In this document: one piece after another, positions 26,894 through 40,085 of the stretch | How positions within the stretch are numbered: position 1 is the stretch's first letter | Layout: each line of letters opens with the position of its first letter | Assembly (NCBI GenBank): GCA_964016885.1 | Contig: OZ024740.1 | Span: forward strand, 306,776,001-306,840,000 | From: Eledone cirrhosa | Lineage: Eukaryota | Direction: 5' to 3' | DNA length: 64,000 nt | Position numbers and translations under genes: made by a program | The notes under the pieces: model-generated | The model's database searches: none | What the model was told of the DNA's origin: nothing | Seen by the model: only the letters and a program-made list of their open reading frames with translations

Positions 26894-28184
26894 TGCAGTT
26901 ATGTGATGCAACATGAGCTTATATTTAACTGTATGTATACAGAACTGTCTCTGTGTGTGTTTATAATGTAATACATAGTAGTATTTGTAAGCCTTCGTGC
27001 ATCCACAGTACCTGTTCAAACACAGTCAAGTGTGACCATACACCTGTATATCTGCAGACTGTGCAAACACAAGCGCAATGTAATATTTTCTAGGATGTTG
27101 CCTGGAGATTTTTATCCTAAAATTTCCAGTAATTTGCAGAAATCAACGTTGTGGTTTGTTGCATTAGTTTGCAGTCAGTGCATCAGCACTTGATGGTGCA
27201 TTTATATGCATTTATGCATAGACATTTCATAGATATCCCCATGTTTATGAAGGAAATCTAAAATTTACATTTTCTTGCACATTGATAATGTTTTGTCATC
27301 ATCGTTATCATTCTATCACCATTTCCATTATCATATATTTATTATGACTTCTTCGTCATGTTAGCATCACCTCCATCACTATCATTGTTTATTTTATGTC
27401 ATGGTGGTATCCTCCTCCTCATCATCATCATTGTAGTAAGTAAAAAGACATGATAGAGTAGTAACTCAGTATTTAGCATCACGTAACATGTTCTGCATTC
27501 AACTTAGTCCTTCATCTCTTCTGGAATCATAAGAAGCAGCCCAGTTAGGTTTCATTGAACCAATTATTGTTGTACTTGGGACTAGTCAAAAGTGCCCATC
27601 ATCATAATCATAATCATCATCATATCCATATCACTATTGTTCTTCTCCTGTTGTAATTAACTGCATGTCGCCTGCTACTTCCCACAGTTCAGGTTTGAAC
27701 TTGAAACATCAATGGTCATTCCAGTTTCTGTTTGTTCCAAAGATGAGTATAGATCAATGATCTATTTCCTGTGGGCTGAAGGTATTAGGAGTCTAAATCC
27801 ACCGAAGGCTTTTAGCACAGTATAGGAATAATATTTTGCTATTACTGATTATCTACAAATGGATTGAAAAATAAAAAAATTACTGCACATGCATCAAGTA
27901 GCTGGACATTCAACTCTGTCCTTTTCTGATAACATTGAATGAGTTTATGACATGGTTCTGTTGAACAGATGGGCGACTGATTTGGCATTAATAAAATTTG
28001 TGCGAAATAGGTTGAAACTACTTACAGAATTGGGCAAACAAAATTATGTTGAAATCTGCAAATGACTTTTGGATCACTATGGTAATGCAGGTGATATACC
28101 TTCTTGAGACAAAAAAAATGTCACTGGTGCCAAATTTTATAAGTGTTTATATAACTGTGTGTGTGTGTATGCAATAAATATATA

Positions 28185-28785
28185 ACTGAGGGGAAGATAA
28201 CCAGTAATGTAAGCCTATTCCAGTCACAGGAAGAGCCCATAGAAGTGGTTGATATCTTCTGCTATCTAGGCAATGTAATTAGCAATGGAGGGGGGTGCTC
28301 TAAGAGCATAAAAGGTAGATTAAGGATACGATGGAAAAAGTTCAGAGAGCTACTCTCATTGTTGATCACAAAAGGTTTCTCCATACGTACAAAAGGGGCC
28401 GACTGTATGACACCTGTGTGCAAAGTGCGATACTGCATGGTAGTGAAACTGGAGAGGAATGCATAGACAGGAAAAGAAATGAAGCAACCATGCTCCATTG
28501 GATGTGCAATGTGAGTGAGAGAGAAAGGCATGGATGAGTTAAGGGAGAAGCTGAGTTTAAGAGGAATTCGAGGTAGTGTACAGGAGAGAAAACAGACATG
28601 GACAATAATTGTTGGGTAAAGAAGTGCCATGAAATGCCAGTTGAAGGAAGCCACGGTATAAGTAGACCAAGAAAGACCTGGACAGAGGTTGTGAGAGCTG
28701 ACCTCAAATTACTGAGACTTAAGAGGTGATGACAAAGGATCCAACTCATGCAAGCGTGGAAAAGTAGACATAATAACAATGATTA
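28185..28785 (+). mobile_element. RTE LINE RT C-terminal fragment
   Basis: IEVVDIFCYLG...WKKFRELLSLL...RLYDTCVQSAILHGSET...RPRKTW; frameshifted. Confidence 0.85.
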
Positions 28786-28786
28786 C

Positions 28787-28817
<31 letters not shown>

Positions 28818-30455
28818 ATTTTGTTGGCTATCATCTGGTTTCAAACCTGAACAGATAATTTTATTGGAGGTAATACATTCCTACAACTGTTCAGTATTTC
28901 ACAAGATGGATTGTTTACAGATGCAGGGATGTATTATCTCTCTAATAAAATGATCTATTCAGGTATGCAACAGTAGCTAACATAATGCCATGTGAAATAT
29001 TTATGTAATTGTATTGCTCCTCTGCTGACATACAGCACTTTCACCACATGTTGATGATTACACTGTGCAGACACACACACTAGTGGTTAGAGTTTTGAAC
29101 TCACAATCATAAGGTCATGGGTTTGGTTCCTGAACCGGGTGGCTTGTTGTGTCCTTGAAATAGATGCTTCATTTCAGGTTGCTCCAGTCCACTCAGCTGG
29201 AAAAAAAAATGAGTACGAGCAGCAGGTGAAGAGTGACCCCTGCAACAAACTGGTCACCAGTCCAGGTGTGCAGCCTTTTCTTGTGAGGACTACAGATCCT
29301 ATCATTAAAACACAAAAAAAAACAAAACTATGAGATGCAACCGTGTAGGAAGCCAGCTAAGCCTACAGATATGTGAATTGTATGAACAACAAAATTATAT
29401 ATTACATTAAAAAAAAATATATATATATACACACACATAATTTTTTTTATAAATTTCAAATTTATAAAGAGGTAGATATTTTTTCAAGTAGTAAATCTAG
29501 GTATGGATGCTGGCACTTTAATTGACGTTTGAAAGACAACACAGAGTGAATCAAATTTGTGTCTACATTCACAATTGATTTAAATATACAGGTGCATTGT
29601 TTTCATAAACATTGATGGCGGGTGAGTATTGAACTAGAGAGAAAGGAAAAAGACTATAGAAAATTTTAATTGAAATTTTGTATTCAGTGAAAAAAATTTT
29701 TTTAATTTTTAATTATCATTTTATTAACTGATTCAAATATGTTATAAAAATTGAAATTCAATTCTGAATTTCAGATTCACTTCTTGCACACATTTTAATC
29801 TTAAAAATAACTAGAAACCCCTTCTTCCCATCAAATAATTGACCCTTTTGAATTGAAATATCACCATAACTATAAACATCCTGTAAGGATTTGGCAAAAA
29901 CCATCTAAAAGCAGGTTTATTAATTCAAATGTTTATAGTAACTTTACTGGTGTACAGATCATTATAAAAATTGGTAATATTGGACTAAAGACTTCAATTC
30001 TTTTTAATGTGATGCAGTCATAGTATTGTTTTGCACTTTTCGAAAATGTTTTTCCAGTGTGGTTTCATGCGGTACAGGACTTTACGAGTTAAGGTACAAA
30101 CAGATTCCTTTACAGATTGTTGATGTCACTCTATCATATATGCACTTACTACTGTTCTTGCTGTTGCTACACACACTCATGACTCGCACAGAGTGCTGTT
30201 ATTTCTATAACCTCTCTATGTACTGTTTTTGCTTCAATGCTATGTGTCTTATCTTAATGTGTCAGCATGTCATGTAATGTCATGCTTTTGACACATGCCT
30301 GTCACACTTCTGATACACTCTTGTCATGGCTGTTACATAGTCATTCATCTGTGTGTATGGCGGTGGGGTATAGACACACCACCTCCTCTCACACTCCATT
30401 AAATGTGTGTGTGTGTGTGTGTATATATGTATGTGTGTAAGTATATGTGTGTGTG

Positions 30456-30489
<34 letters not shown>

Positions 30490-30689
30490 TGTATGTATAT
30501 ATATATATATATGTGTTATGTATGTGTAGGTGATTCAGTGAATTACTGATGGTGGTACCAAAACAAGCACTTGTACACAGGCAGAGTGTATATATTAATA
30601 AAAACGATGAAGTTTCGTTTACATGTATTTTTATTTTTATTGTGTATCGACCTGTTACACACGTTTCGCAGAGGATTGGCTCAGGGTGA

Positions 30690-31100
30690 AATCACAAGCC
30701 AAATGGATTACTTACTTGTTAGACAACAAAACAAATGGATTGTAATAAATACTAAGGCTTTCCCTGGGGAAGGATGCACTGTCCAGCACAAGTTTGTTAT
30801 TAATGACATCAAAATAAACAAAAGACAGAACAAGACACGCAGGAAAATATGGAGACAGAGGGTGTGGAAGCTAAAGGACCTCTTGGTTAAATATCAGTTT
30901 AGAAAGGCCTTACAGGATGCACTTGATGAGAGGGATGGCAAGCTTGATACATATAAAGTAGAGGGCAACTAGAAATTCTTACATGACAACCTTTTGTGAA
31001 ATACTGGCGAGACTTGTGGCTGGAGTAAAGCCCCAGCTGGACAGAGAGTGACCTGGTGGTGGAACAGCACAGTCAATACAGCCATTAAAACCAAGAGATT
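30690..31100 (+). mobile_element. RTE LINE fragment (endonuclease C-terminus and linker)
   Basis: SQMDYLLVR...KAFPGE...QHKFV...VWKLK...TWWWN. Confidence 0.8.
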
Positions 31101-31249
31101 TTTCATGTTTGTGTGGGTGGGATGATTTACTTGTTGGAGTAATTGTTTTGTACAGTTAGGTGTCCTACCCAATGCTAACCACTCAACTGTGAAGCAGGAG
31201 TGGTGTTTGTCAGTCAAAGCACCACTCAATGACAGTATCCCAAATGCTT

Positions 31250-31650
31250 TGGGAGGACTTGACGTCAGCATGAGGAGAAGGAGGAGGGACGTCTACTGGG
31301 CTAAGTCCCAGCTGGTCCCACGTCTTACAGGCGGCCTCACGTTCACTGATCACAGAGGGTTCTATTGTATTTTGGAGAACCCTGCTGACGAGGATGCGGC
31401 ATGAGGTTACCGACGAAAGAAACGCCGGCAAAGCCAGTGAGATCGGGGACCAGAGGCCAAGATTTACCTGATAGGTAAAGTGACCTGTTGCCATCTAATG
31501 TCGTCAAACCTGACGTTGCATATCTCCTCAGCTGCTGCTCAGATACAAGTATCGAGGTCGGCGAGGAGAGATGCGTGGGTGTAGCATGGAGCGCTGCGAA
31601 GTGTATAGAGGAGCTTTGGCTAAGAGTTGAATGGAGAAGAGAATGAGCCT
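31250..31650 (-). mobile_element. CRE-like retrotransposon RT thumb fragment
   Basis: PKLLYTLRSAPC...LADLD..I...EICNV.FDDIRWQQVTLPIR / LGLWSP..LALPAFLSS. Confidence 0.8.
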
Positions 31651-33099
31651 CCTTTGATTTTCATGTTCAATGGTTGAACATTTCACAATCATATAGCTTT
31701 AATGCAATGCAATTCTCAGGGAGATTCAGCACAACACGGTGTGTGATAATGCTAGCCTCTTGACTTACTGGTAGTCTATCTGATGGGTTTCTAAACATTT
31801 CCACTACCAAATTCCACTCATACGTCATTTGTCAATCCTCGGCTATATATAGTAGAAGACACCCAAATTTTCATCCAGGGAGACTTGTACCTGAACTTAT
31901 AACCATGTAGCCCGCATGCCATAAAGACTGTCGAGTATTCTTGCTGACATTTTAATATCACCAGACTGAATGATTGCAAGAGTGTACTCAGCTAAAGGAA
32001 TCCAGGTTGCAGGTAATAGTGGTAAAACAGGTAACATATTAAGCATGTCACTCTAGAATAAGAACTGTCCCTCCATCAGGCTTCTATGCAGTTTCTAGCT
32101 TTCAAATTTCACTCACAAAGCTTTGCTGACTTGAGGCAGTTGGAAGACACCTGAAATGCCACTATGTGGGATCGAAGCTTGAACCACATAGTTGTAAAGT
32201 AAACTCCTAACCACACAGCTATTCCTATTCACATTCACATGTAAGTTCTGGTCATGCAGACATATAGCATGTAGGAACTTAATTGACTAGGTGTGACCTA
32301 CAGGTCTCTTGTTCTGGACATATAATTTAACTGACCAGTGTTTGGAGCCAATAAAGCTATTCATGCAGATGATATTTCTGTGTGTGGTGGTGAAATTAGT
32401 TGGAGGGGTAGTTTTGATAATAGTGTAGATGTGTCTGGATGTTGGTGTTGACCAAAATATGGTACCTATGATTACTCTAAACGTTTGTGTCTGCTGTTTT
32501 ATTTACTATACTCTCTACATATGCTGTGCATGTTATAGAGGGAGTGTATGTAACGACTAGTATGTGTGTTTGTCTTGTATGTTTATGCTGCTAAATGCAA
32601 TGATTGTGTTATATCTATTGTAGAGTTGGAGTTGTTGTGCAGCTTTGGAAAGATGAACATGTCATATGCAAATGAGGATGTGTCTGTGTAGTTTAATTAA
32701 CAATTCTACTGATTCCAACTTTTGGCTCTGGGACATTTTTCAGCAACACCTCGATAACTGTTTCTGTCGGCAGACAAAACTTAATGAGGAGCTGGATACG
32801 TGGAGAGTTGGATACTACTAAAGCATTTCTGCATTCCACTGAAATGTCTGTGGCATTTCAATAACCGACTGCACTTATTGTAAGAACTTGGTAAATACCA
32901 GTGATGTATTGATGTTTATTTTATTTAGTGTTCCAGAGCCAAATATATGTAACTGCACTCAATATAGTGTATAGGTGATATGAGTTTCATTTAACTGAAG
33001 TGCTGAAGTAAACTCCTCCGATTAGTGAGATTTTGTTCATAGCTTTTCCAATCCCCTCAGACTGGTAAAATTGATGTACTTGTTATCCAGCTAAATATT

Positions 33100-33447
33100 T
33101 TACAAGTTAATGTCTCTATGTGAACATGGAGGGAGAATTTATTCAAAGAAGGATTGGATATGTGTTTAGTGTGAGAGTTTTGAGTGAAACGTAGTAGTGT
33201 ACAGGAGTGGAGACTGTGTTGGTATGGACATGTGATGCACACGGTTGATGATCGCTGGGTGAAGTGCTGTATCCCATTGGCGGGTGGCCACTGTAGAGGA
33301 AGACCTGGATGGAGGTGGTGAGAGCTGATCTCAGATCACTAAAGCTCACAGTGATGACAAAGGAACGTGACAAGTGGAGCGATGCTGTACTGAGATGGGC
33401 CGTCCAACCCATGCCAGCATGGAACAACAGACATATAGTGATGATAA
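33100..33447 (+). mobile_element. RTE LINE 3' end
   Basis: RLCWYGHVMH...KTWMEVVRADL...WSDAV followed by CCAACCCATGCCAGCATGGAA and an (ATG)-like tail. Confidence 0.75.
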
Positions 33448-34535
33448 TGGGCTGTAGTAAAACAAGAGGTGGAGGAATGGAATGGTGTGCAGCTTGTTAC
33501 TTTAGGTGACCAAAAATAATAATTCTACTATGATAGAAGTGACAGAGGAAGAATACAGTTTGTCAGTGAACAAATATAGTATTTTGCTTAGAGGTTGTGT
33601 AGCATATCACAATGTGAGTGAGGGTTTGTCTATCAGAGGGTTAGTGGCTTCTTCATATGTAAAGGTTTGTCAGTCAGATGAATGGCCTTGTTTTTTAGTT
33701 TTGCTTTGCTTTGTGTTGTAAAACGTTTAACAGTTACTTTATCCCAGCTATGGGTCGGTGTTGAGAGTAGAAGTAGCTTCTGGCCCATCATTTGAGGTTT
33801 TGATCATTAAAGCTTGGCTGGCTTACTCTACCTAAACAATGTGAATCTTAGCTGACCTATGACCCACTGGGCTATAGGCTATATAACAGTAATGTTGTAC
33901 ATACATTTTAATTGGAAACCTATTCCATTTTGATTGTTACACCTCTTCCTCTCCCCTTTCTACTCTCTCTCTTTCCCTCTCCAGCTGGCTCTGTCTCCTC
34001 CCCCCTCTCCCTCCTTCCCCTCTCCATCTCCCTCCCTCCATCTCCATCCCTCCCCTCTCCCTCCCTCTCCATCTCCCCCCTCTCCATCCCCCCCCCCCTC
34101 CCCATTTCCCCTCTCTCTATCTCCCCCCCTACCCTCCCTCTCTAGCTCTCTCTCACTCCCACCCTCCCTATATAACTCTCGTTCACTTCTCTTTCTCTCT
34201 CGCTCACTTCTCTTTCTCTCTCGCTCGCTCACTCCTCTCTCTCGCTCGCTCGCTCACTCTCTCTTTCTTGCTCGCTCTCTCGCACTCTCTCGCTCGCTCG
34301 CACTCTCTTTCTCTCTCGCACTCTCTTTCTCGCTCGCTCGCTCACACTCTCTTTCTCGCTCGCTCGCTCACACTCTCTTTTTCGCTCGCTCGTTCGCTCA
34401 CTCTCTCTCTCTTTCTCTCTCGTTCGCTCACTCTCTCTCTCTCTCTTTCTCTCTCGTTCGCTCACTCTCTCTCTCTCTTTCTCTCTTCAAAATTTAGCTT
34501 TCTTTTTTTTTCTCTCTCTCACCACATCCCGCCTT

Positions 34536-34646
34536 CTCTCGCTTTAGCTGTCCCTCCCCCTCCTCTCGCTTTAGCTGTCTCTCCCCCTCCTCTCGCTTTA
34601 GCTGTCTCTCCCCCTCCTCTCGCTTTAGCTGTCTCTCCCCCTCCTT
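34536..34646. repeat. 27-bp tandem repeat, 4 copies
   Basis: Unit CTCTCGCTTTAGCTGTCTCTCCCCCTC. Confidence 0.9.
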
Positions 34647-35584
34647 CTCTCTCCTACTTTCTGTCTATATTTATTAACCAGCCTGCCAATTATTCCCCCA
34701 CCGTACGTCGTTCTCTTCACCCACGTGAAATCGACCCTTGATATGTAGCGTAGTTCTGAACAACGCAGTTGTTGTTGTTGTTGTTATTATTGCTACTGCT
34801 ATTGCAGCTTTAGAGTGCAGCCGACAACAACAATAACAGTAGCAACAGCATTTGCAGCAACAACGTTTTAGAGATAGATGGGACGAGAGGTCAGCTGTAC
34901 TCTTGATGTTGACTAGACATAAGCCCGTCTGATGGCAGCTGGCATATTCTCTCTTTTTCGTCCTTTCACACATCTGTTCTCTAGCTACGCACTGACACCA
35001 CCACCACCACTACCACCAGCTCTACCACCACAACCACCACCACCACCAGCCCTACCACCACCACCACCACCAGCCCTACCACCACCACCACCACCAGCTC
35101 TACCACCAACTGATTATTTTTAAGTGACACCCTTTTTTTGTGTGTCGATATTTTTGCTTCTCTCCCAACTCCTCTCTTTTTATATGTTAGGGCTCCTTTA
35201 GTTCTATTCAGACAAAACCCTAAACAACAGTACACTATATTTGCCTGCAAAGGGCTGGTCAACACTACTGGGGTATTGTCTATTAAACCGATGTAGATGT
35301 TTTACACCAGCTCAACCCTGATAGAATACAGTATATATATATATATATACACTATATATATACACAATATATATATACACAATATATATATAAAACAAAG
35401 AAAGTGTGGTAAGGAACCAGGTGGACCATAACGCACCAGAGTACTCGATATTGAGGGTAGTAGAGTGGGTAATAGGAAAACTGTCAGGACCCCGACGGCT
35501 GAGCTCCGGCCGTTTCGACAGCTAGATCCGAACTGTATATATATATAGTTAGGTGTGCCTAACTATATATATATATGTGTATGT

Positions 35585-35753
35585 GTATCCCGGGTTCAAT
35601 AGGGGGGTAACCACAGAAAGTAAGGTACTCAATACATAGTAGAGTATTTACAATATCTAATATAGAAATGGCTTCTCACAGGAATAGAACTGTTTAATTC
35701 GAAGAAAATCATCAGGGATTTCCTTCGAATGAAACAGTTCTAGTCCAGTAGAA
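35585..35753 (-). mobile_element. Penelope-like terminal element with degenerate hammerhead and inverted arm (family of 43791 and 48863)
   Basis: Shared flank GTATCCCGGGTTCAAT.GGGG.TAACCACAG..AGGTACTCAATAC; minus strand CTGATGA..TAAA(for GAAA)CAG...; partial inverted duplicate at 35717-35753. Confidence 0.65.
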
Positions 35754-35795
35754 TCTCTCCCTCTCTCTCCCTCTCCCTCTCTCTCTCCCTCTCTC

Positions 35796-35831
<36 letters not shown>

Positions 35832-36849
35832 CCTCCCTCTCTCCCTCTCTCCCCCTCCCCATCCCTCTCCCCCTCCCCATCCCTCTCCCCATCCCTCTCC
35901 CCCTCCCCATCCCTCTCCCTCCCTCTCTCTCCCTCTCCCTCCCTCTCTCTCCCTCTCTCTCTCTCAATGATTCCTGACAAATGTTTCATTTTACTGAACT
36001 CACCAAACGAATATGTGTGCGTGCTTGCGCGTGTGCGCACACATTGTGATTCTACCGTAGAGATAGTAGACATTGTAGCCAACACTGAATGTGGAACTGC
36101 ATGCCTGTCTGTTAGCTGTCCTCGGAGACATTCTATATATTGTCGCTACATTCGGGACTTCACTAAAACGTTAAACCCAATGTGCTCAGTGTGTTTTGCT
36201 GGTGGTTTTCGATGCTTGCATGGGGGTCGTTACGGTCTTAATCGGAATTATTACCTCCCTAGACGAGTTGAAGCATACGTCTCGCTTGTACTTTCCATTT
36301 TTTTGCATGTTTTCTACAACTGAATGCCCTTACTAACATCAGCCATTTTACTTGGCACACTGGGTACATTATATCGTTGCAGCAGATCTAGGCAGGTTGC
36401 CATGTATTCGACAAGACAAAAAAGTTTTCTTCATCGTACCTTGTCTCCGTTTTATTATTAGTCATTGTCATTTGAATAAGGATATCACTGACATTCGTTA
36501 TCGAAGTAGTCTGCACGAGGGTTTCATAGAATAGTCCAACCCTTAGAGCATATGCAAAGATAAAAGTCGCTGTCGCAATGTCCAAGTCTTGTCTAAGCTA
36601 ACTTATCCGATCATACACTCATTATCTATTTCTCCGCCAATAGTATGTCTACACCACATGTACGGTCGTTGATACCCACAAAGAAGAATTTCTACCTATG
36701 TTTCTTGCTCATGAGAGTCTCGTTCAGGCTCCTCTTCATCTTATCACTTGCACACAGCACACATCCCCTTTAGCATCTTATTGTGACCAGGTCGAAGGAA
36801 GGGATTGGGATTGTCCGCACTATGGACTCGGTTGGTAGTCTGTTTAGTC

Positions 36850-37770
36850 AGTCATACTTGCGACAACAGTTGTTTGACATAAGTCTACAAATCAGCAATA
36901 CACGAATATTGAATGAATGAATACTGAACAGTTTTGTCGCTCTTCGCACATCTCGAACAGTCCCGTCTGACAGTGTTGCCATGCCTGTGGATGTTACCCT
37001 GAACCGGAAATTCCATCTGCCTCAATAGTACTGCCAGGACAGTAATTTCTGAAAGTCATCGAGAGACCTTACGCTACAGGTTCTCCGAAATCACTGGTCA
37101 GTTGATTCGCGTCATTGCCCAGTCTCCTCCAATATGTCTACCACAATCCTCTAAAGAATGCAAGGGTCGATTACTACCTGTCCAATTGCTTATCTGTGAG
37201 AGAAGTTGTGAGAATCTGACAAAATTCCACATGTCAAGCATGACCCTGGACTTTAGCAAGAAACGGAATCTTGCCTTACAAACTGTGATTACACTTGTTC
37301 TCCACTCAAGTATCTTTGCAAATGCTCCAGCTTCCAATCATGCGTGCTCATCATCAGCTATAGCATACAGGACCCTCTGCACAGAAGGCGTTGGTAGCAG
37401 ATGGATTTTCTGGGCAGTGGACTGCATCTCTTTCACTAGAAGTAAAAGAGCAGACACTCCAACTTTGTCAGATGAAATAATGTATGCGTTTGCTATCGCT
37501 GCCAAACCTTTCAGTGATGGCTTCCTCTCAACTCATTTCTGTTCAAAAATTCTTCGCTATCTATATAGAGGTCTGATACAAACCAGACCCGAAGTAGTAT
37601 GGTGCAAGGAGTTTTCTCCCAGGGCAGCTGAGTTGCAAGCCTACTGATTTGATAAATGCATGCTACTGAAAGAATAACATCCCGCATTCCTTCAGTACGC
37701 TTCTGGCCGCCATCTGCGTTCCAGTTTGATTAGGATACCTATCGACACCTCATTTATACAATGTCGCAAA
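36850..37770 (-). mobile_element. Highly decayed L1/Tx1-like LINE C-terminal region
   Basis: Minus strand WQYY...HRHGNTVRRDCSRCAKSDKTVQYSFIQ..CIADL resembles the terminal CxxC...ETxxHxFxxC zinc knuckle; many stops. Confidence 0.45.
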
Positions 37771-39197
37771 TGTTTAGAGGTGGGGAGCTTTATAGTCAAT
37801 TAGGAGGGTTGAACGATATAGTAAACCTCAACGAGATTTGAACTTAAAAGTATTTTACTTATTCTGTCAACCGCCACCACCCAATAATAATATTTTCTAA
37901 GTTTAGCCCAAGGCCAGCCATTTGGGGGAAGCGGAAAGTCGTTATCGACCCCAGTACTTAAGTGATACTTTATTTCATCGATCTCGGAAGGATGGAAAGC
38001 AAAATTCACGTTGGCTGAATTTGAACTCAGAACATTAAATACCTTAACTAAATGCTGACCCCCCCCCCCCCCCCGATAATGATAATAAATTGGAACAGAT
38101 TTTTGTTCGTATCTGCCTTCTAAACCCTGTATCGATGTGATGTGTTAGTTGGTGCGTAGAATAGTTCCCCCACCCCCCTAATGAATGGTGATAAGTAACT
38201 CCCTACCATTAACTAGGCGTCAACATTTCAAGGAATGTTTTCTTTAGAAAAGGATCGATTGATCTCTGATCCTACTTCTGATTCTCCTTATTTATGTAAC
38301 AATATATATTATATGAATAATGTAAGGACCACAAATTAGTGATGGGCTGGTGTTACTTCTTGTTGATATAGTAACAAGACATTTAGTAAGAAGTGCGCTA
38401 TCAACTGAGGTGTATGATAAAGTTATATCTGTAGAAATACAGTGTGTGTAAACGAGACTGCACCAAGGTATATATATTCATATATCTAATATGTAAGCAT
38501 GTAAACATGCCAGAAAATACGAATTTCCCAGTAAATTAAAAAGATTAACATCTTTAATCGATTTTTGGATCTATTGAACCCTCATGTATATCATCCCATC
38601 AACCACACGGAAACCTATTTGATGGGTATATATACTCATTCGCTCTTAGTATTATTCTGAAGTGGACATACTAATTGGCCTATAATTGAAGTGGACATAC
38701 TAATTTGTATATAATTAACGTTGGTAATTAGTTAAGATATATATTAAGAAGTGTTCTAGCAGTCGAAATGTATGATAGTTATATCTATAAATACAGAGTG
38801 TGTAACTGAGATTGCACCAACGTGTATAAATATATACATATATCTTATATGTAGCCATGTAAACATGCCAGAAAATCCGAATTTCCTCATAGATTGAAAA
38901 AAAAAATGATCTATAAAATAAGTGGTTCAGTAGATTCGTGGTTTACTGAGGAAGATACCAAAATCAGCACTCTTTGCTATAGTGTATATTTTTAAAATGA
39001 AGCGGGGTTTCACGTTAAGGTCTTTATTGATTATACACAGTTATTACCGTTTCGCAGATGGGTTGCTCAGGATCTATATAAATGCTATAGACCTGACTCC
39101 AGCCTGATCTGCTCATTAGACTTGTTAATCAAGCAAAACCAAAATCATGTATTATGCGTGTGTGTATGTATATATATATATATATATATACTCATTT

Positions 39198-39236
<39 letters not shown>

Positions 39237-39356
39237 ATATATATATAATGAGCCAGTCTGTCTTGTGACTTGTGATTGTTGATAATGATGAGAAATTGAT
39301 AAGAAAAATGCTTTGTTATGGAAACAAATACGTACTTTCTCCCCCCCCCCCCCTCG

Positions 39357-39398
<42 letters not shown>

Positions 39399-40014
39399 CA
39401 CCCTTTCTCTCCCAGCCTCTCTGACATACACTAGACAAATCTTCATTACTTTTATCTAAGGATCATATTAACCTTCTCCATTCCATTTGACACCGTATAA
39501 ACATGGTTACGTTATCGGAGGTGACAGTGGCGGTGGTAGGAAAAACTGAACGTAATAATTATGATGATAGTGATGCCGTCGTGATGTGATGGTGGTGAAG
39601 TGTGTATGTTTAATTGGGGCGGCATAGAATTTACGTTATAATGATAAAGGGTGGTTATGATTGTTGTTTCACTCCAGGCCAGCTCTGGACGAACAATCTC
39701 CCGTCCATGACCGTCTTATCATCTTTTATTCGGATATAGTGCATCTAGAACTATCTTATCTAATGTCGTAATTTGAGAAATTTGACTGCTATTTCTAGCA
39801 AGTTGACATAGAGGTTCTCTCTCAGTTCTTGGTTGGTTATGATGATTCTGTTTGTGCCTTGACTGCAATCCCTGTTTTATGAACCCTTTACTTTTTGATG
39901 CAGTGGATAAATGGTTTCTTATATACATATATCTAGGGCGGGTAAAATTCCCGAGAATGAATGTATATATATAAAAACAATTTATCCCTATTCCGGTGGT
40001 TTCGTTAACACACG

Positions 40015-40085
<71 letters not shown>

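Noticed and set aside
37102-37647. 181-aa plus-strand ORF
   Set aside because: No recognisable domain; it lies antisense to a decayed LINE-like region.
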